From assembly GCA_963727525.1 (NCBI GenBank), contig CAVSGO010000003.1, positions 128,001 through 192,000 of the forward strand: 64,000 nt of DNA. The letters are read 5' to 3'. This stretch comes from an uncultured bacterium. GTDB taxonomy: Bacteria > Krumholzibacteriota > Krumholzibacteriia > LZORAL124-64-63. Made by a program: the position numbers and the translations under genes. Shown in pieces: positions 17,838-31,166 of this stretch (position 1 is its first letter; each line of letters begins with the position of its first letter). The notes beneath the pieces were generated by a model that saw only the letters and a list, made by a program, of their open reading frames with translations, was not told where the DNA came from and did no database searches.

Positions 17838-20564
17838 TCAGTTCCCATCCAGGCTGGACAGCGCTTCGGTGCACGCCTGCGCATCCGCCTGAGACGATGC
17901 GCCGGCCGCGGCGAAGATCGCCCGAGCCTCGGACAGGTTCGTGATCGCCATGGCGCGTTCGCCCTGTGCCGACCGCGCCTTGCCCAGGGGCGTCAGCAGC
18001 CGCGCGAGCTGGACGGCCTTCGCGTCTGCGAAGGCCGCGCGGGCGTCGTTCTCGGCTCCGGACAGCAACCGTACGGCCGCGGCATCCTTGCCTTCGGATT
18101 GCAGAAGGCTCCCGAGCGCGATGATCGAGTTCAGGGTAGAGGGGTGCGTCGGGCCCAGCGTCCGGCGGCGGGCGGCGATAGCCTCCCGCAGGGTCTGTTC
18201 GGCTTCGGCCGTCTTACCCTGCGCCTCCAGCAGCATGCCGAGGTTGTGGACCGAGTTCAGCGTCGCAGGGTGGTCTGGACCCAGGATGCGTCGTCGCTTT
18301 TCAAGGGCCTCGCGGTACAACGGTTCGGCCTCGTCCAGCTTGCCCTGGTACTTGAGCAGTGCGCCCAGATTGGCGATGGCCGTCAGCGTCGCCGGATGAT
18401 CCTCGCCATTCACGCGGCGAGACCGGTCCAACGCCTCACGGTAATATGGCTCGGCCTCATCCAGACGGCCCTGCGCGTGCAGCAGCGCGCCCAGGTTGCC
18501 GATGGACGCGAGTGTGAACGCGTCGTCGTCGCCGCGCAGGCGGCGGCTCTTCTCCAGGGCCTCGCGGTACAACGGTTTGGCCTCGCCCAGCTTGCCCTGC
18601 GATTCGAGCAGATAGCCCAGGTTGCCGATGGCGATGGGTGTTCCCGGGTCGTCATCGCCGAAGACGCGGCGGCGCTTCTCCAGCGCCTCGCGATAGTAGG
18701 GCTCGGCCTCGTCCAGGTGGCCCTGCGATCCGAGGAGCACCCCCAGGTTGGTGATGGAGTCGATGGTTTCGGCGTCCTCTGGGCCGAAGACCCGGGGCGT
18801 GCGCTCGACGGCTTCGCGGAAGTACGGCTCGGCTTCATCCAGACGGCCCTGGTCCATCAGAAGCAGGCCCATGTGGCTGACGGAGACGAGCGTTTCCGCG
18901 CTGTCGTCGCCGAGTCGTTGCCGGCGGCCTTCCAGCGCGGAGGACTGCAGCGGTTCCGCTTCGTCGTACAGACCGAGGGCGCGGTAGCGGTCCGCGAGTG
19001 TCTGGCGGAGCTGTGCCGCAACGACAGGCTGGTCCGCGAACCGAGCGTCGATGGCTGCCGCCGCCGGCCGCAGGATCGTCTGATCGATCAGTGCGACGGC
19101 TGCGTCGGTGGCGTTCACCCGATTCCACTGGTCGGTGAATGCTGCCATCTGCGCACCATGCTCGACCTCGGGCGCACCGTCTGCCGCCAGGGCTTCCGCG
19201 AAGCGGCGCGTCACATCCGCGGTCAGCTGGCGGCCCGCGGTCGCTGGATCAACCTGCTCGAGCATGCCCGCCTGGAAGTCGGCGACGAGCTTGAGTTCCC
19301 CGGCACGTGTCCGGGCGGCAGCCTCGGCCGCGAGGGCCCGGTCGCGCTGACCGCTCGCCACGCGGGCCTGCCACGCGAATCCCGCCACACCGACCATCAG
19401 CGCCGCCGCCACCGCGGCGCTGGCCAGGACCGCGCCGCGATTGCGTCGCACGAATTTCCGCATGCGATAGGTGGCACCCGGCGGCGCCGCGACCACCGCC
19501 TCGCTGGTCAGGTAGCGTCTGACATCCTGCGCAAGTCCGCCCGCCGACTCGTAGCGGCGAGTGCGGTCCTTGTCCAGCGCCTTCATCACGATCCAGTCCA
19601 GCTCCCCGCGCACCATCGCGCTCAGCTTGCGTGGTTCGGTGCGCCGGTGGGATGCGACGGTCGCCAGGGTGTCGGCGCTCTGGCTGAGTCGGGTGCTGGG
19701 CCGCGGCGGCTCGACCTCGCGGATGATCCGCTGGATCTCGCTGAATGCCGCCGATCGCAGTGTTTGCACGTCGAAGGGCGTCGAGCCGGTGAGCAACTCG
19801 TAGAGCACGACGCCGAGGGCGTACACGTCGGTGCGCGTGTCGATGTCGAGGCTGCCCTCGGCCTGTTCCGGGCTCATGTACGAAGGCGTCCCGATGAGGT
19901 GGAATTGCTCGGTGAAGACCGTCTTGTCCGTGAGCTGCGAATCGGTCGCTTTGGCGATGCCGAAATCGATGACCTTGGCCACGGCCCGTCCGTCCTGCAT
20001 GCCGACCAGGATGTTCGACGGCTTCAAATCGCGGTGGATGATCCCCTTGGTATGGGCGTGTTGCACGGCCAGGCAGACCTCGGTGAACAGCTCCAGCCGG
20101 GTATCGATGTCCAGATTGTTCCGGTCGCAGTAACTGGAGATGGGTTCGCCCTTGACCAGTTCCATCACGAAGTACGGCCGACCCGTGTCCGTCGCCCCCG
20201 CATCCAGCACCCTGGCGATGTTGGGATGATCCATCAGGGCGAGGGCCTGGCGCTCCTGCTCGAAGCGCGCGACGACGCGGCGCGTGTCCATGCCCAGCTT
20301 GATGATCTTGAGGGCGACCCGGCGCCGGATCGGCTCGGTCTGCTCGGCCAGGAAGACCGAGCCGAACCCTCCCTCGCCTATGAGCTGCAGCAACTTGTAC
20401 GGACCGATCCGCGCACCGGGGACTTCGCGAATCGGCGCTCCAGTTGCCGGGTCGCCTCCCGAGGTCATCCCGATGGTGGCATCGGATGTCGGCAGCCCGG
20501 CGGTGGATTCGTCGGCCGGATCAGCGGCCGCATCGCGTCGTGTGCGCTGCTCCCCGTCGTTCAT
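17838..20564 (-). CDS. Hanks-type Ser/Thr protein kinase with a TM helix and C-terminal 42-aa TPR repeats
   Basis: [46 protein letters not shown]; repeats of [20 protein letters not shown]. Confidence 0.93.
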   Translation of the reverse strand: MNDGEQRTRRDAAADPADESTAGLPTSDATIGMTSGGDPATGAPIREVPGARIGPYKLLQLIGEGGFGSVFLAEQTEPIRRRVALKIIKLGMDTRRVVARFEQERQALALMDHPNIARVLDAGATDTGRPYFVMELVKGEPISSYCDRNNLDIDTRLELFTEVCLAVQHAHTKGIIHRDLKPSNILVGMQDGRAVAKVIDFGIAKATDSQLTDKTVFTEQFHLIGTPSYMSPEQAEGSLDIDTRTDVYALGVVLYELLTGSTPFDVQTLRSAAFSEIQRIIREVEPPRPSTRLSQSADTLATVASHRRTEPRKLSAMVRGELDWIVMKALDKDRTRRYESAGGLAQDVRRYLTSEAVVAAPPGATYRMRKFVRRNRGAVLASAAVAAALMVGVAGFAWQARVASGQRDRALAAEAAARTRAGELKLVADFQAGMLEQVDPATAGRQLTADVTRRFAEALAADGAPEVEHGAQMAAFTDQWNRVNATDAAVALIDQTILRPAAAAIDARFADQPVVAAQLRQTLADRYRALGLYDEAEPLQSSALEGRRQRLGDDSAETLVSVSHMGLLLMDQGRLDEAEPYFREAVERTPRVFGPEDAETIDSITNLGVLLGSQGHLDEAEPYYREALEKRRRVFGDDDPGTPIAIGNLGYLLESQGKLGEAKPLYREALEKSRRLRGDDDAFTLASIGNLGALLHAQGRLDEAEPYYREALDRSRRVNGEDHPATLTAIANLGALLKYQGKLDEAEPLYREALEKRRRILGPDHPATLNSVHNLGMLLEAQGKTAEAEQTLREAIAARRRTLGPTHPSTLNSIIALGSLLQSEGKDAAAVRLLSGAENDARAAFADAKAVQLARLLTPLGKARSAQGERAMAITNLSEARAIFAAAGASSQADAQACTEALSSLDGN

Positions 20565-20969
20565 CGTCGTCCTAGCCCGGCCAGGGTCTTGTCTCCGCTG
20601 CAAACGCCAAGATAGGACTGGAGCGCGGTATCCGCGCCTCCGGCAGTGCGCGTTCGGTCAGGCCGTCGGTTGCCCCCTGGCAAGCCGTCGCGGTCGTGTG
20701 AACCGGAGGGCCACGTCACGTGGGAGGAGCATGACGATGCGGGCCAAGCGGTTGAATCGCGGACGGTAATCTTCTGTTGCGTGTACGCCGGAAATTTGTG
20801 CACAGTGCCCGCGACGTTTGGGCGTGAGTGCCCTCTGAGGTTGCCGACCGCATGATTCGATTTCGCATCCCTCTGGTTCTCCTGGTTCTGACCGCGAGCC
20901 TGGCACGCGGGCCCGACTCAGATCCGCCCGCAGGATCCATGAGCCGGCGCTACCGCTGTCGTCTCCTGA

Positions 20970-22616
20970 CTACCGCGTCAAGATCACCCGTTTCGTGACC
21001 GAGCCGGCGGATGTGTGCAGGCGGGCGAGGTAGACGCCGGCGGGCAGGCGGTCACCGTTCTGGTCGACGCTATTCCACGAGAATTGGTGGTCACCGCGAC
21101 TGAAGGCGCGGTCGGCGATGGTACGCACGCGGCGGCCGGCCACGTCGTATACCTCGAGCTGGGCCCATCCGTCGCGGGGTAGGGCCGCGAAGAGCACCAC
21201 CGGGCCGTCCGAGGGATTGGGCGCGACACGCATCTGCAACCCGGATGCGACCACCGGGCCGTCCTGGACAGGCGTGGCGAGGTCGGCGCCGCCGTAGGTG
21301 TCCTGATTGCCATTGCGGGTGTCGGTCCAGACGGGGGTGAGGAAGCCGTTCCAGCAGGCGAGGCCGATGTACTCGCCGATCGCGCCGGACCGGGTCTCGT
21401 CCTCGTCGATTCGTGGGACCGTTCGCTGCGTGGCTGGCGGCCGCGGTGCCATCTTCGTGTCCGAAGGGTGGGAGGCCGCGTTGGACACGCGCTGATTCGC
21501 CGTCCAGGTCGCGCCACCGTCGAGGCTCTGACTCACGTAGCAGTGCCAGGCGAGGTTGCTGGGATCGTCGCGACGGTCGAGCCAGACGGCCGATACGGTG
21601 CCGATGTTGTCGACGGTCAACCAGACATGGAACTGGTCGCGGCCGTTGCCGACGGCGTCGTCGTTGATGCGAAGCGGCGCCGACCAGGTCACGGCGTGGT
21701 CGTCGGAGTAGCGTACGAAGATGTCGTAGTCGGCCGCGAGTTCGCGCGACATGTATGCGACGTAGATGCGGCCGTGATGCGCGCCGCCCGTGATGTCCAC
21801 GTCGATGGCGGGTTCGGCGTTGCTCTCGATGTTGCCGTTGAGCGTTGGCGACGGGTTGGTGACGGAGGTGACCGTACGATCGGTGCCGAACGATTGGCCG
21901 CCGAACGACTGGTCGATCTTGATGGTGCTGTCGTTGAAATCGACCCAGGCCACGTACAGCGTGCCGTCGGGGCCGACGGCGAGGTTCGGGTACTGGTTGC
22001 CGGCATCGTCGCTGACCTGGATGGCGTCGGTCCAGGTGGCGCCCTCGTCGCCGGTGCTGACGCACTGGATGTTCGTCTCGTTGAAGCGCGTCCAGACCAT
22101 GTAGATGCGCCCACGGAAGAAGGAATGGGTGCGGTCGCAGGCGATGAATTCCTTGTCCTCGAACGCGTTGGCGACCCCATCGACAGCGAAGCCGCGGTCT
22201 TCCCAGTTCTGCCCGCCATCCGTGCTGCGGTACATGAGCATGCCGTTGGGGTGGGTGGTATCGCCGTCGTAGGCGAGTAGCATGGCGAAGAAGTCGCCGT
22301 CGGCGTTGACAGTGAGCGCCGGATCGCTGTCGCGCACATAGTGCGTGTCGACGAAGAGCCCCGGGTTGGTCCAGGACACCCCGCGGTCGAAGGTGAATCC
22401 CCAGCCGACCTGCCGGTAGCCGAGCCGGAAATCTCGCCAGGCAGCGACGAGGTTGGACGGATTCGTGGGATTCACGACGACCTGCTGCTCGTTCTGAAGC
22501 TGCGCGGTGGCGTCCTGGTTGATCTGGAAATTCAACCAACCCTGGGCGGCGGCCGGCGTTGCGAAGACGAGGACGGCGGCGATGAGGAGTAGGGAACGCG
22601 GAATCATGGATGTCAT
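20970..22616 (-). CDS. Secreted BNR/Asp-box (sialidase-like) beta-propeller protein with a C-terminal FlgD-Ig domain
   Basis: Signal peptide; Asp-boxes TFDRGVSW, STDGGQNW, SDDHAVTW, SLDGGATW; C-terminal PNP...YDVAGRRVRT...GVYLARL. Confidence 0.8.
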   Translation of the reverse strand: MTSMIPRSLLLIAAVLVFATPAAAQGWLNFQINQDATAQLQNEQQVVVNPTNPSNLVAAWRDFRLGYRQVGWGFTFDRGVSWTNPGLFVDTHYVRDSDPALTVNADGDFFAMLLAYDGDTTHPNGMLMYRSTDGGQNWEDRGFAVDGVANAFEDKEFIACDRTHSFFRGRIYMVWTRFNETNIQCVSTGDEGATWTDAIQVSDDAGNQYPNLAVGPDGTLYVAWVDFNDSTIKIDQSFGGQSFGTDRTVTSVTNPSPTLNGNIESNAEPAIDVDITGGAHHGRIYVAYMSRELAADYDIFVRYSDDHAVTWSAPLRINDDAVGNGRDQFHVWLTVDNIGTVSAVWLDRRDDPSNLAWHCYVSQSLDGGATWTANQRVSNAASHPSDTKMAPRPPATQRTVPRIDEDETRSGAIGEYIGLACWNGFLTPVWTDTRNGNQDTYGGADLATPVQDGPVVASGLQMRVAPNPSDGPVVLFAALPRDGWAQLEVYDVAGRRVRTIADRAFSRGDHQFSWNSVDQNGDRLPAGVYLARLHTSAGSVTKRVILTR

Positions 22617-22740
22617 CTCCTGGCGGGGGAAGGACTACGTGGTCAGAGGATACCAGAACGGCGTCAGCTTGCGGGCAGTTTCCTCGCGGAGGCCCGCGGC
22701 CAGGCTGACCCCGACGGCCGCGATGGCATGAATACGGTGG

Positions 22741-23190
22741 GCTGAGACAGGTGCGGATCCGGGCGTAGTAGTTTCGCGGTTCATACAGGCGCTGCAACAG
22801 CCGGCGAAAGATTCGACTGCGTGGCAAGGCGCGGAGAAGTCCGACCATGGCGGTGACCACGCCCGTCGACTCGATGAACTCGAATTGCCGCTGGAAGACG
22901 TCGCGTTCGTCTTGCCAGGACCTGCGCCAGCGATTTGCAACGGGGCGTAGTCGCGGAGATCGGCCAGATCCCAGCGGGGCAGCGGCGTGAGCGAGAGATC
23001 CGGAAATCGCGTGGCCCGGTAGCACGTTTGCAGGCGGTTGCACTCCAGGTCCCGTACCAGGATGGGCAAGACCTCCTCGGCTTCACCCATCACCACGTGA
23101 TCCACACACAGTTCATCGTCCCTGTCGTCGCCGAAGAGCGGGCCGCCGCCGACGATGAACTTGCCGGCTGCGCGCAAGACGCGCACATTG
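22741..23190 (-). pseudogene. Decayed B12-binding radical SAM (DUF4070-type) gene lacking its CxxxCxxC core
   Basis: GKFIVGGGPLF...VDHVVMGEAEE...PDLSLTPLPRWDL in one frame, then VFQRQFEFIESTGVVTAMVGLLRALP...RLYEPRNYYARIR in another; the radical-SAM core is missing. Confidence 0.75.
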
Positions 23191-23360
23191 ATAATGTAGT
23201 TCCAGGACTGGCCGGTCGGCTCGTGGTATATTGGGGTATCCACGGTAACGCGTCGCGAGCCTGCACGGGCGGACGACCGTCTCCAGCGCTATCATCCCTC
23301 GATCTGGATTCGTTTCAACGATTTCCGCTCGATCATGCTCTTGAAGGCAGGGATTCGAAC

Positions 23361-25895
23361 ATGGCCAACGAACCATCCGATCTCGACCCCACCATCGATG
23401 CCCATGGCACGCCCGGCGACGACGATCGCACCATCTCGGTGCCCGAAGCGGGAGGCGTGGGTGACGCGGCCGGCGACCTGCCCCGGGAGATCGGGGGTTA
23501 CCGCATCTTCGGGCGGCTGGGCGAGGGCGGCATGGGGGTGGTATACGAGGCCGAACAACCGTCGCCGCGGCGGCGGGTGGCGCTGAAGGTCATTCGCGGG
23601 TCGGAGTATCGTGACGAGTTGCATCTGCGCATGTTCGCGCGTGAGGCGGCGACGCTGGGGCGCCTTCAGCACCCCGGCATTGCAGGTATCTACGCGTCTG
23701 GTCACACGCCGGACGGTCGGCATTACTTTGCCATGGAGCTGGTGCCCGGGACAACGCTCGGCACGTGGCTCGCGAGCCGGCCGGCCGTGCCCGACCGCGC
23801 GGAGATCGCACTGCGCCTGGAACTGTTTCGTCAGATCTGTGACGCCGTGCACTATGCCCATCAACGCGGCGTGATCCACTGCGACCTCAAGGCCTCCAAC
23901 GTCATCGTGACCGATGTGGCCCCGGACACCGGTTCTACCGTTACCTTGCCGCCGCGGACCAAGGTTCTGGATTTCGGCCTCGCACGCCTCACGGAGAGCG
24001 ATCGCGAGGCCTCCGCGGTCACCGAGGTCGGCGTGATCAAGGGGACCCTGGCGTACATGGCGCCGGAACAAGCGCGCGGCGATACGACCGAGGTCGATGT
24101 ACGTACCGACGTCTACGCGCTCGGTGTGGTCCTGTACGAATTACTGACCGGGGTGAGACCTTACTCCGTCGACACCGGCTCGCTGCTCGCGGCCGTGAAG
24201 GTGATCTGCGAGCAGGCGCCGCGCCCGCTCGCCGAGGCGTGGACGGCGTCCACGAAGCTCGACCCCGACCTGGCGACCATCGTGACGACGGCGCTGGCCA
24301 AGGATCCCGATGGACGATTCGCGAGCGCTGCCGCGCTTGGCGACGATGTCGGCAGGTTCCTCGGGTCGCAACCGATCCTCGCCCGGCCGCCGAGTACGAT
24401 GTACCAGATCCGCAAGCTCGTGTCGCGCCGCAAGCCCATCTTCGCGACCGCCGGCGCGGCCCTCGCGTTGCTGGTCGTCGCGTCGGCGGGCATCGCCGGG
24501 CTCTACGTCCGTTCGGAGCGCAACCTGGCGCGCGCCGTGACCGCCGAGCAGTCGGCGCGGCGCGAGGCGGAGACGGCACAGCGCACCTCCGACTTCCTCG
24601 TCACCCTTTTCGATCGCGCCGATCCCGAGCGCAACCGCGGCCAGACGGTGACCGCACGCGAGGTGGTGGACGAGGGCGCCCACCAGCTCGAGAGCGAGCT
24701 GGCGGATGAGCCGTTGATGAAGGCGCGGCTGCTGGCGACCATCGGGCAGGTCTACACCAGCCTCGCTGTGTACGACGAGGCGCGGAAGCTCATCGAGGAG
24801 TCGCTCACGCTGCGCCAGGAGCACCTGGCGCCGGGCGACCCGGCCATCGCCAGGAGCGAGCATCTGCTGGGCTCTGTCCTGGCCGCCACGGGCGATCGCG
24901 ACAGCGCCCGCGCGGCCTACGATCGTGCCATCGCCATGTACGCGGCGCTGGGGCCATCGGGCCGTGACGGTCTCATCGCGTCGAACAAGGACCTCGCCTG
25001 GTTGCTCGGCCAGGGCGGTGAGCTGGAGGACGCGATGAAGGCGATCCATCGCGCGCTGGCCGTGGAAGCCGAACGGGATCCGCCCGACCCCAAGCGCCTC
25101 CTGGGGCTTCAGAGCACGCTGGCCACGATCCTCACGAATCGTGGCGACGCGGACTCGTCCGTGGTGGTGCTTGAGGATGCGCTCGCGACGTCGCGCCGCA
25201 TCAACGGCGACGAGAATACGATGACGGCTTCGCTGCTGACCAATCTCGGCGTGGCGCAGGGGCTCGCCGGCCACCCGGAACGCTCCACCGCGGCCTACCT
25301 GGAGGCCCTGGCGATCTACCAGAAGATCTACGGGGACAATCATCCGCTGGTGGCGCGCGCCCTCGGCAACGTGGGAGTCAACTACGCCGAGCTGGGGCAA
25401 TTCGACCAGGCCCGCCCGTACATGGAGAAGTCGCGCGCGGCGCTCATCGCCGTCCATGGCCCCGACAGCCCGATGGTGGCCAAGGCGTCGATGAACCTGG
25501 GGCTCCTGAAGCTGCAGAGCGGCGACGCGGCCGGGGCGGTTGTGGATCTGCAACGGGCGGTGGAACTGCACGAGAAGGCGGCCCCCGACGGGCGGTCGAT
25601 CTCGCTCTCGTACTCGCTCTACCATCTCGCCACGGCGCGTGCCGAACTGCACCAGTACAAGGAGGCGCGCCGGCTCATGGAGCGGGTGGTGGCGATCGAC
25701 CAGCAGATCTATGGCGAGGGTGCGAGCGATGTGGCCGACGACTTCGAATCTCTCGCCGAGATCGAGCGCGCCGCGGGCGACACCATTGCGGCCGCACGCT
25801 CCGAGGAAAAGATGCGGGAGATCCGGACGCAACTCGCCGCCGCGGCGAAACCGGATTCGGTGAGCGGCGTATCCGAGGGTCAGCGCCCACAGTGA
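23361..25895 (+). CDS. Hanks-type Ser/Thr kinase (non-RD, HCDLK) with a TM helix and TPR repeats
   Basis: LGEGGMGVV, VALKVIR, IHCDLKASN, DFGLAR, GTLAYMAPEQ, DVYALG; likely start ATG 23361. Confidence 0.92.
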   Translation: MANEPSDLDPTIDAHGTPGDDDRTISVPEAGGVGDAAGDLPREIGGYRIFGRLGEGGMGVVYEAEQPSPRRRVALKVIRGSEYRDELHLRMFAREAATLGRLQHPGIAGIYASGHTPDGRHYFAMELVPGTTLGTWLASRPAVPDRAEIALRLELFRQICDAVHYAHQRGVIHCDLKASNVIVTDVAPDTGSTVTLPPRTKVLDFGLARLTESDREASAVTEVGVIKGTLAYMAPEQARGDTTEVDVRTDVYALGVVLYELLTGVRPYSVDTGSLLAAVKVICEQAPRPLAEAWTASTKLDPDLATIVTTALAKDPDGRFASAAALGDDVGRFLGSQPILARPPSTMYQIRKLVSRRKPIFATAGAALALLVVASAGIAGLYVRSERNLARAVTAEQSARREAETAQRTSDFLVTLFDRADPERNRGQTVTAREVVDEGAHQLESELADEPLMKARLLATIGQVYTSLAVYDEARKLIEESLTLRQEHLAPGDPAIARSEHLLGSVLAATGDRDSARAAYDRAIAMYAALGPSGRDGLIASNKDLAWLLGQGGELEDAMKAIHRALAVEAERDPPDPKRLLGLQSTLATILTNRGDADSSVVVLEDALATSRRINGDENTMTASLLTNLGVAQGLAGHPERSTAAYLEALAIYQKIYGDNHPLVARALGNVGVNYAELGQFDQARPYMEKSRAALIAVHGPDSPMVAKASMNLGLLKLQSGDAAGAVVDLQRAVELHEKAAPDGRSISLSYSLYHLATARAELHQYKEARRLMERVVAIDQQIYGEGASDVADDFESLAEIERAAGDTIAAARSEEKMREIRTQLAAAAKPDSVSGVSEGQRPQ

Positions 25896-26009
25896 CGGAC
25901 CAGGGACCGTGAAGAGCAGGTCCCGGCGAGTCGGATGCTGCGGCCGCGACCGGTTCAACGACCAGGACAGTGTGGTCGTGACCGTGATACCCCGAACGGA
26001 CCGCGGTCG

Positions 26010-27521
26010 CTACCTCACGATCACCACGCGCCTGGCCTCGTGTCCGACTGCGCCGCTGGCGCGTAGCCAGTAGATACCCGACGCAAGGCGCCGCCCCGTG
26101 GCGTCGCGGCCGTCCCACGGGAGCGTGAGACCTCCGTCCTTGGCGGCGGGCGCGGGGCCCTCGTGCAGGCGGCGGACCACGTGGCCGCGCACGTCGACAA
26201 CCTCGACCGTCAACGAGCCGGCCGTCGGGGGACGCAGCGATACCTGGCAACTTCCGGACATCGGATTGGGCGCAACGCTCAGCGCGAGGTCGCCGAGCGG
26301 CGTCGACATCTCCACGCCGGTGATTCCGCAGCCCACGGGCCAGGCGCCGATCAGCCCGCAGTCGGGATTCGCCTCGGGAGCGCATGGCGAATCCGCGTCG
26401 AGCGTGAGGTCGCCGCCGGCCGCGTCGCAGAACAGCGGGTCGAGGCTGATGTTGCCGTCGAACCCCTCCTGGCCGGCGATGCAGCCGGTCCAGTCGCCGT
26501 TCACGTTGCCCCAGATGTCGCTACAGGACAGTTCGAAGAGGCCGCCGTCGCAGTACAGGGCGCCACCGCCCTCGTTGCCGGCGATCAGGGAGTTCGCAAC
26601 AGTGACCAGCGAACCGTAACCCGCCGAGATCGCCGCGCCGTGATCGGCGATGTTACCGACAAAGGTGCAGACGTCGACGCTGGCGCTACTGACCTGCAAG
26701 AACTCCAGTCCCGCGCCGGTGACCGCGCCTGCCCCATGGTTGCCAACGAAAGTAGAATGCGAGATCTCGACGGTGCCCTGGCCCACGCTCGCGCCGGCGC
26801 CGTAGCCCGACTCGACGGCGTTGTCCTTGAACAGGCAGCCGGTGATGACGAGCGACTCGGGGTCGATCCCCTCGAGCCCACCGCCGACCTGGAATCCCCG
26901 GTTCTCCACGAAGTGGCAGTCGGTGAGCAAGGCGGAGGCCTGGAACAGCCACACGCCGCCACCACCGCCCCACCACGCCGTGTTACCCGTGAACGCGCAA
27001 CGCAGGAAGGTGGGGTTGGCATGCAGCCCGGCCGCCACCCCACCACCGTCCTTCGCCGTGCAATCGCGCACGGCGACGTCGATGAACGTGGGCGATGCGT
27101 AGTCGCCGATGAGGATCGCGCCACCGCACGATTCGAGATCCGGAGGATCGGTGCCCGTGGCGTACCCGTGCGTGATGGTCAACGCCTGGATCACGGAACC
27201 CGGTCCCTCGGACCAGTCGAAGATGAATGCTCGGTGGGGATCATTCGCGCTGCCCTCGCAATCGATGACACAGGCGGACGGGTCGGCCGCAAGGCCGCGA
27301 ATGGTCAGCGGCTTGCCGTGCAGGTGGATGTCGCGGTTGCCCTCGCCGGTATAGGTGCCCGGCGCCAGCTCGATCACCGAGTTCCACGGCGCTGCGCCGA
27401 TCGCGGCCTGGACGGTGGCGTAGTCGCCGGTCCCTTCGGCGTTGACGAGCAAGGTGTCCGCACGCGCGGCCGCGGCAATCAGGAGTACCGTGCACAATAT
27501 GGAGACGTGGCGCGTCGACAT
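26010..27521 (-). CDS. Secreted right-handed beta-helix (pectin-lyase-like/Pmp-type repeat) protein with an FlgD-Ig domain
   Basis: Signal peptide, GDYATVQAAI, GGA/FxxN repeats, NISLDPLFC...DSPC, C-terminal PNP...WDGRDATGRRLASGIY. Confidence 0.8.
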   Translation of the reverse strand: MSTRHVSILCTVLLIAAAARADTLLVNAEGTGDYATVQAAIGAAPWNSVIELAPGTYTGEGNRDIHLHGKPLTIRGLAADPSACVIDCEGSANDPHRAFIFDWSEGPGSVIQALTITHGYATGTDPPDLESCGGAILIGDYASPTFIDVAVRDCTAKDGGGVAAGLHANPTFLRCAFTGNTAWWGGGGGVWLFQASALLTDCHFVENRGFQVGGGLEGIDPESLVITGCLFKDNAVESGYGAGASVGQGTVEISHSTFVGNHGAGAVTGAGLEFLQVSSASVDVCTFVGNIADHGAAISAGYGSLVTVANSLIAGNEGGGALYCDGGLFELSCSDIWGNVNGDWTGCIAGQEGFDGNISLDPLFCDAAGGDLTLDADSPCAPEANPDCGLIGAWPVGCGITGVEMSTPLGDLALSVAPNPMSGSCQVSLRPPTAGSLTVEVVDVRGHVVRRLHEGPAPAAKDGGLTLPWDGRDATGRRLASGIYWLRASGAVGHEARRVVIVR

Positions 27522-27806
27522 GACTGAACCTCCTGCATGGAGCGTCGCAGATGGGGGTCGCGGAACGTCGTCTGTATCGATTATCGCGTCGCAAAATGGA
27601 ACCTGCCGAGCATATCACACCCGGTGTGCCGATGTCTGCCGGGCCGCGTATTCATGGGCAGACCAGCCGGATGGAGCTCTTATGTTGTTTGAATATAATG
27701 TGTTATTGGCTTGCCCGCGGGACGCGGGCGGAACACTCCTCTGCCCCCGGGGAGCCCACAGTAGCGTGCGGCGACCGAAGCCGTACGACCATGGCCTGAT
27801 TCTATA

Positions 27807-27837
27807 TATTGACAAAGTCTAGAATTGGATTAATTAT
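27807..27837 (+). promoter_or_regulatory. furA promoter with an overlapping AT-rich Fur-type operator; probably a leaderless transcript
   Basis: TATTGACAAAGTCTAGAATTGGATTAATTAT: TTGACA -35, imperfect palindrome TTGAC-AAA-GTCTA, and an AT-rich -10 ending 6 nt before the ATG. No Shine-Dalgarno sequence. Confidence 0.6.
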
Positions 27838-27843
27838 CTCCAC

Positions 27844-30524
<2,681 letters not shown>

Positions 30525-30532
30525 TCGTTCCG

Positions 30533-30562
30533 GGCGGGTCGGACCCTGGCGCCCGACCCGCC
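30533..30562 (+). terminator. Hairpin after katG
   Basis: GGCGGGTCGG-N10-CCGACCCGCC; no clear U-tract. Confidence 0.5.
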
Positions 30563-30679
30563 AATCCCCCGACTTCGTAAGCATATCCCGATGAACAGGT
30601 TATGAAGTCCAGCCGGCTGGACTCCCCAGCCGTGACAGCCGACACAGGCTGCGGGCATCCGGCATGAGAATTTGTGGGG

Positions 30680-30721
30680 TTGCTATACATGGCACTGCAA
30701 TGTATAATGCTGCCATGTATA
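30680..30721 (+). promoter_or_regulatory. Sigma70 promoter with an overlapping inverted-repeat operator, probably for PadR autoregulation
   Basis: TTGCTA-N17-TATAAT; perfect 11-bp inverted repeat TATACATGGCA...TGCCATGTATA; internal ATACAT-N9-ATGTAT. Confidence 0.7.
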
Positions 30722-30776
30722 TCAGAGCCTGGCTTTTTAGGATCTGGCATCCGAACACCCCGCGAGGTCTCGAGAC

Positions 30777-31163
30777 ATGGACATCAACAAGGACCTGATG
30801 GCGGCGTCCTCGACGCCGATCGTGCTGGCGATCCTGGCCGAGGGCGACAGCTACGGGTACGCCATCATCAAGCGGGTGCGGGAGCTGTCCGGTGGGCACA
30901 TGGAGTGGACGGACGGGATGCTGTATCCCGTGCTGCACCGGCTCGAACGGCTAGGGCACGTGGAGGCACGGTGGGAGGTCGCGGAGACTGGCCGCCGTCG
31001 CAAGTACTACCGGATCACGGATGGGGGCCGCGCGCAGCTCGCGGCGGAACGCAAGCAATGGCAGGCGGTGGACGCGACGTTGCGCGGCCTCTGGTCGATC
31101 CTCCCGATCTTCACGACGATCAACGAACAGGCGCCGATGGCGCCGTTTCCGCGAGGAGTCTGA
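30777..31163 (+). CDS. PadR-family transcriptional regulator
   Basis: SYGYAIIKRV, GMLYPVLHRLE, RRKYYRITDGG. Confidence 0.93.
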   Translation: MDINKDLMAASSTPIVLAILAEGDSYGYAIIKRVRELSGGHMEWTDGMLYPVLHRLERLGHVEARWEVAETGRRRKYYRITDGGRAQLAAERKQWQAVDATLRGLWSILPIFTTINEQAPMAPFPRGV

Positions 31164-31166
31164 GCG

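Noticed and set aside
18100-18900. 126-bp periodic repeats as a possible DGR template or other DNA-level repeat system
   Set aside because: They are explained by 42-aa TPR coding repeats; there is no reverse transcriptase or adenine-specific variation.
22935-23360. N-terminal extension of the 986-aa kinase ORF
   Set aside because: It overlaps the antisense radical-SAM remnant; ATG 23361 gives a typical kinase N-terminus.
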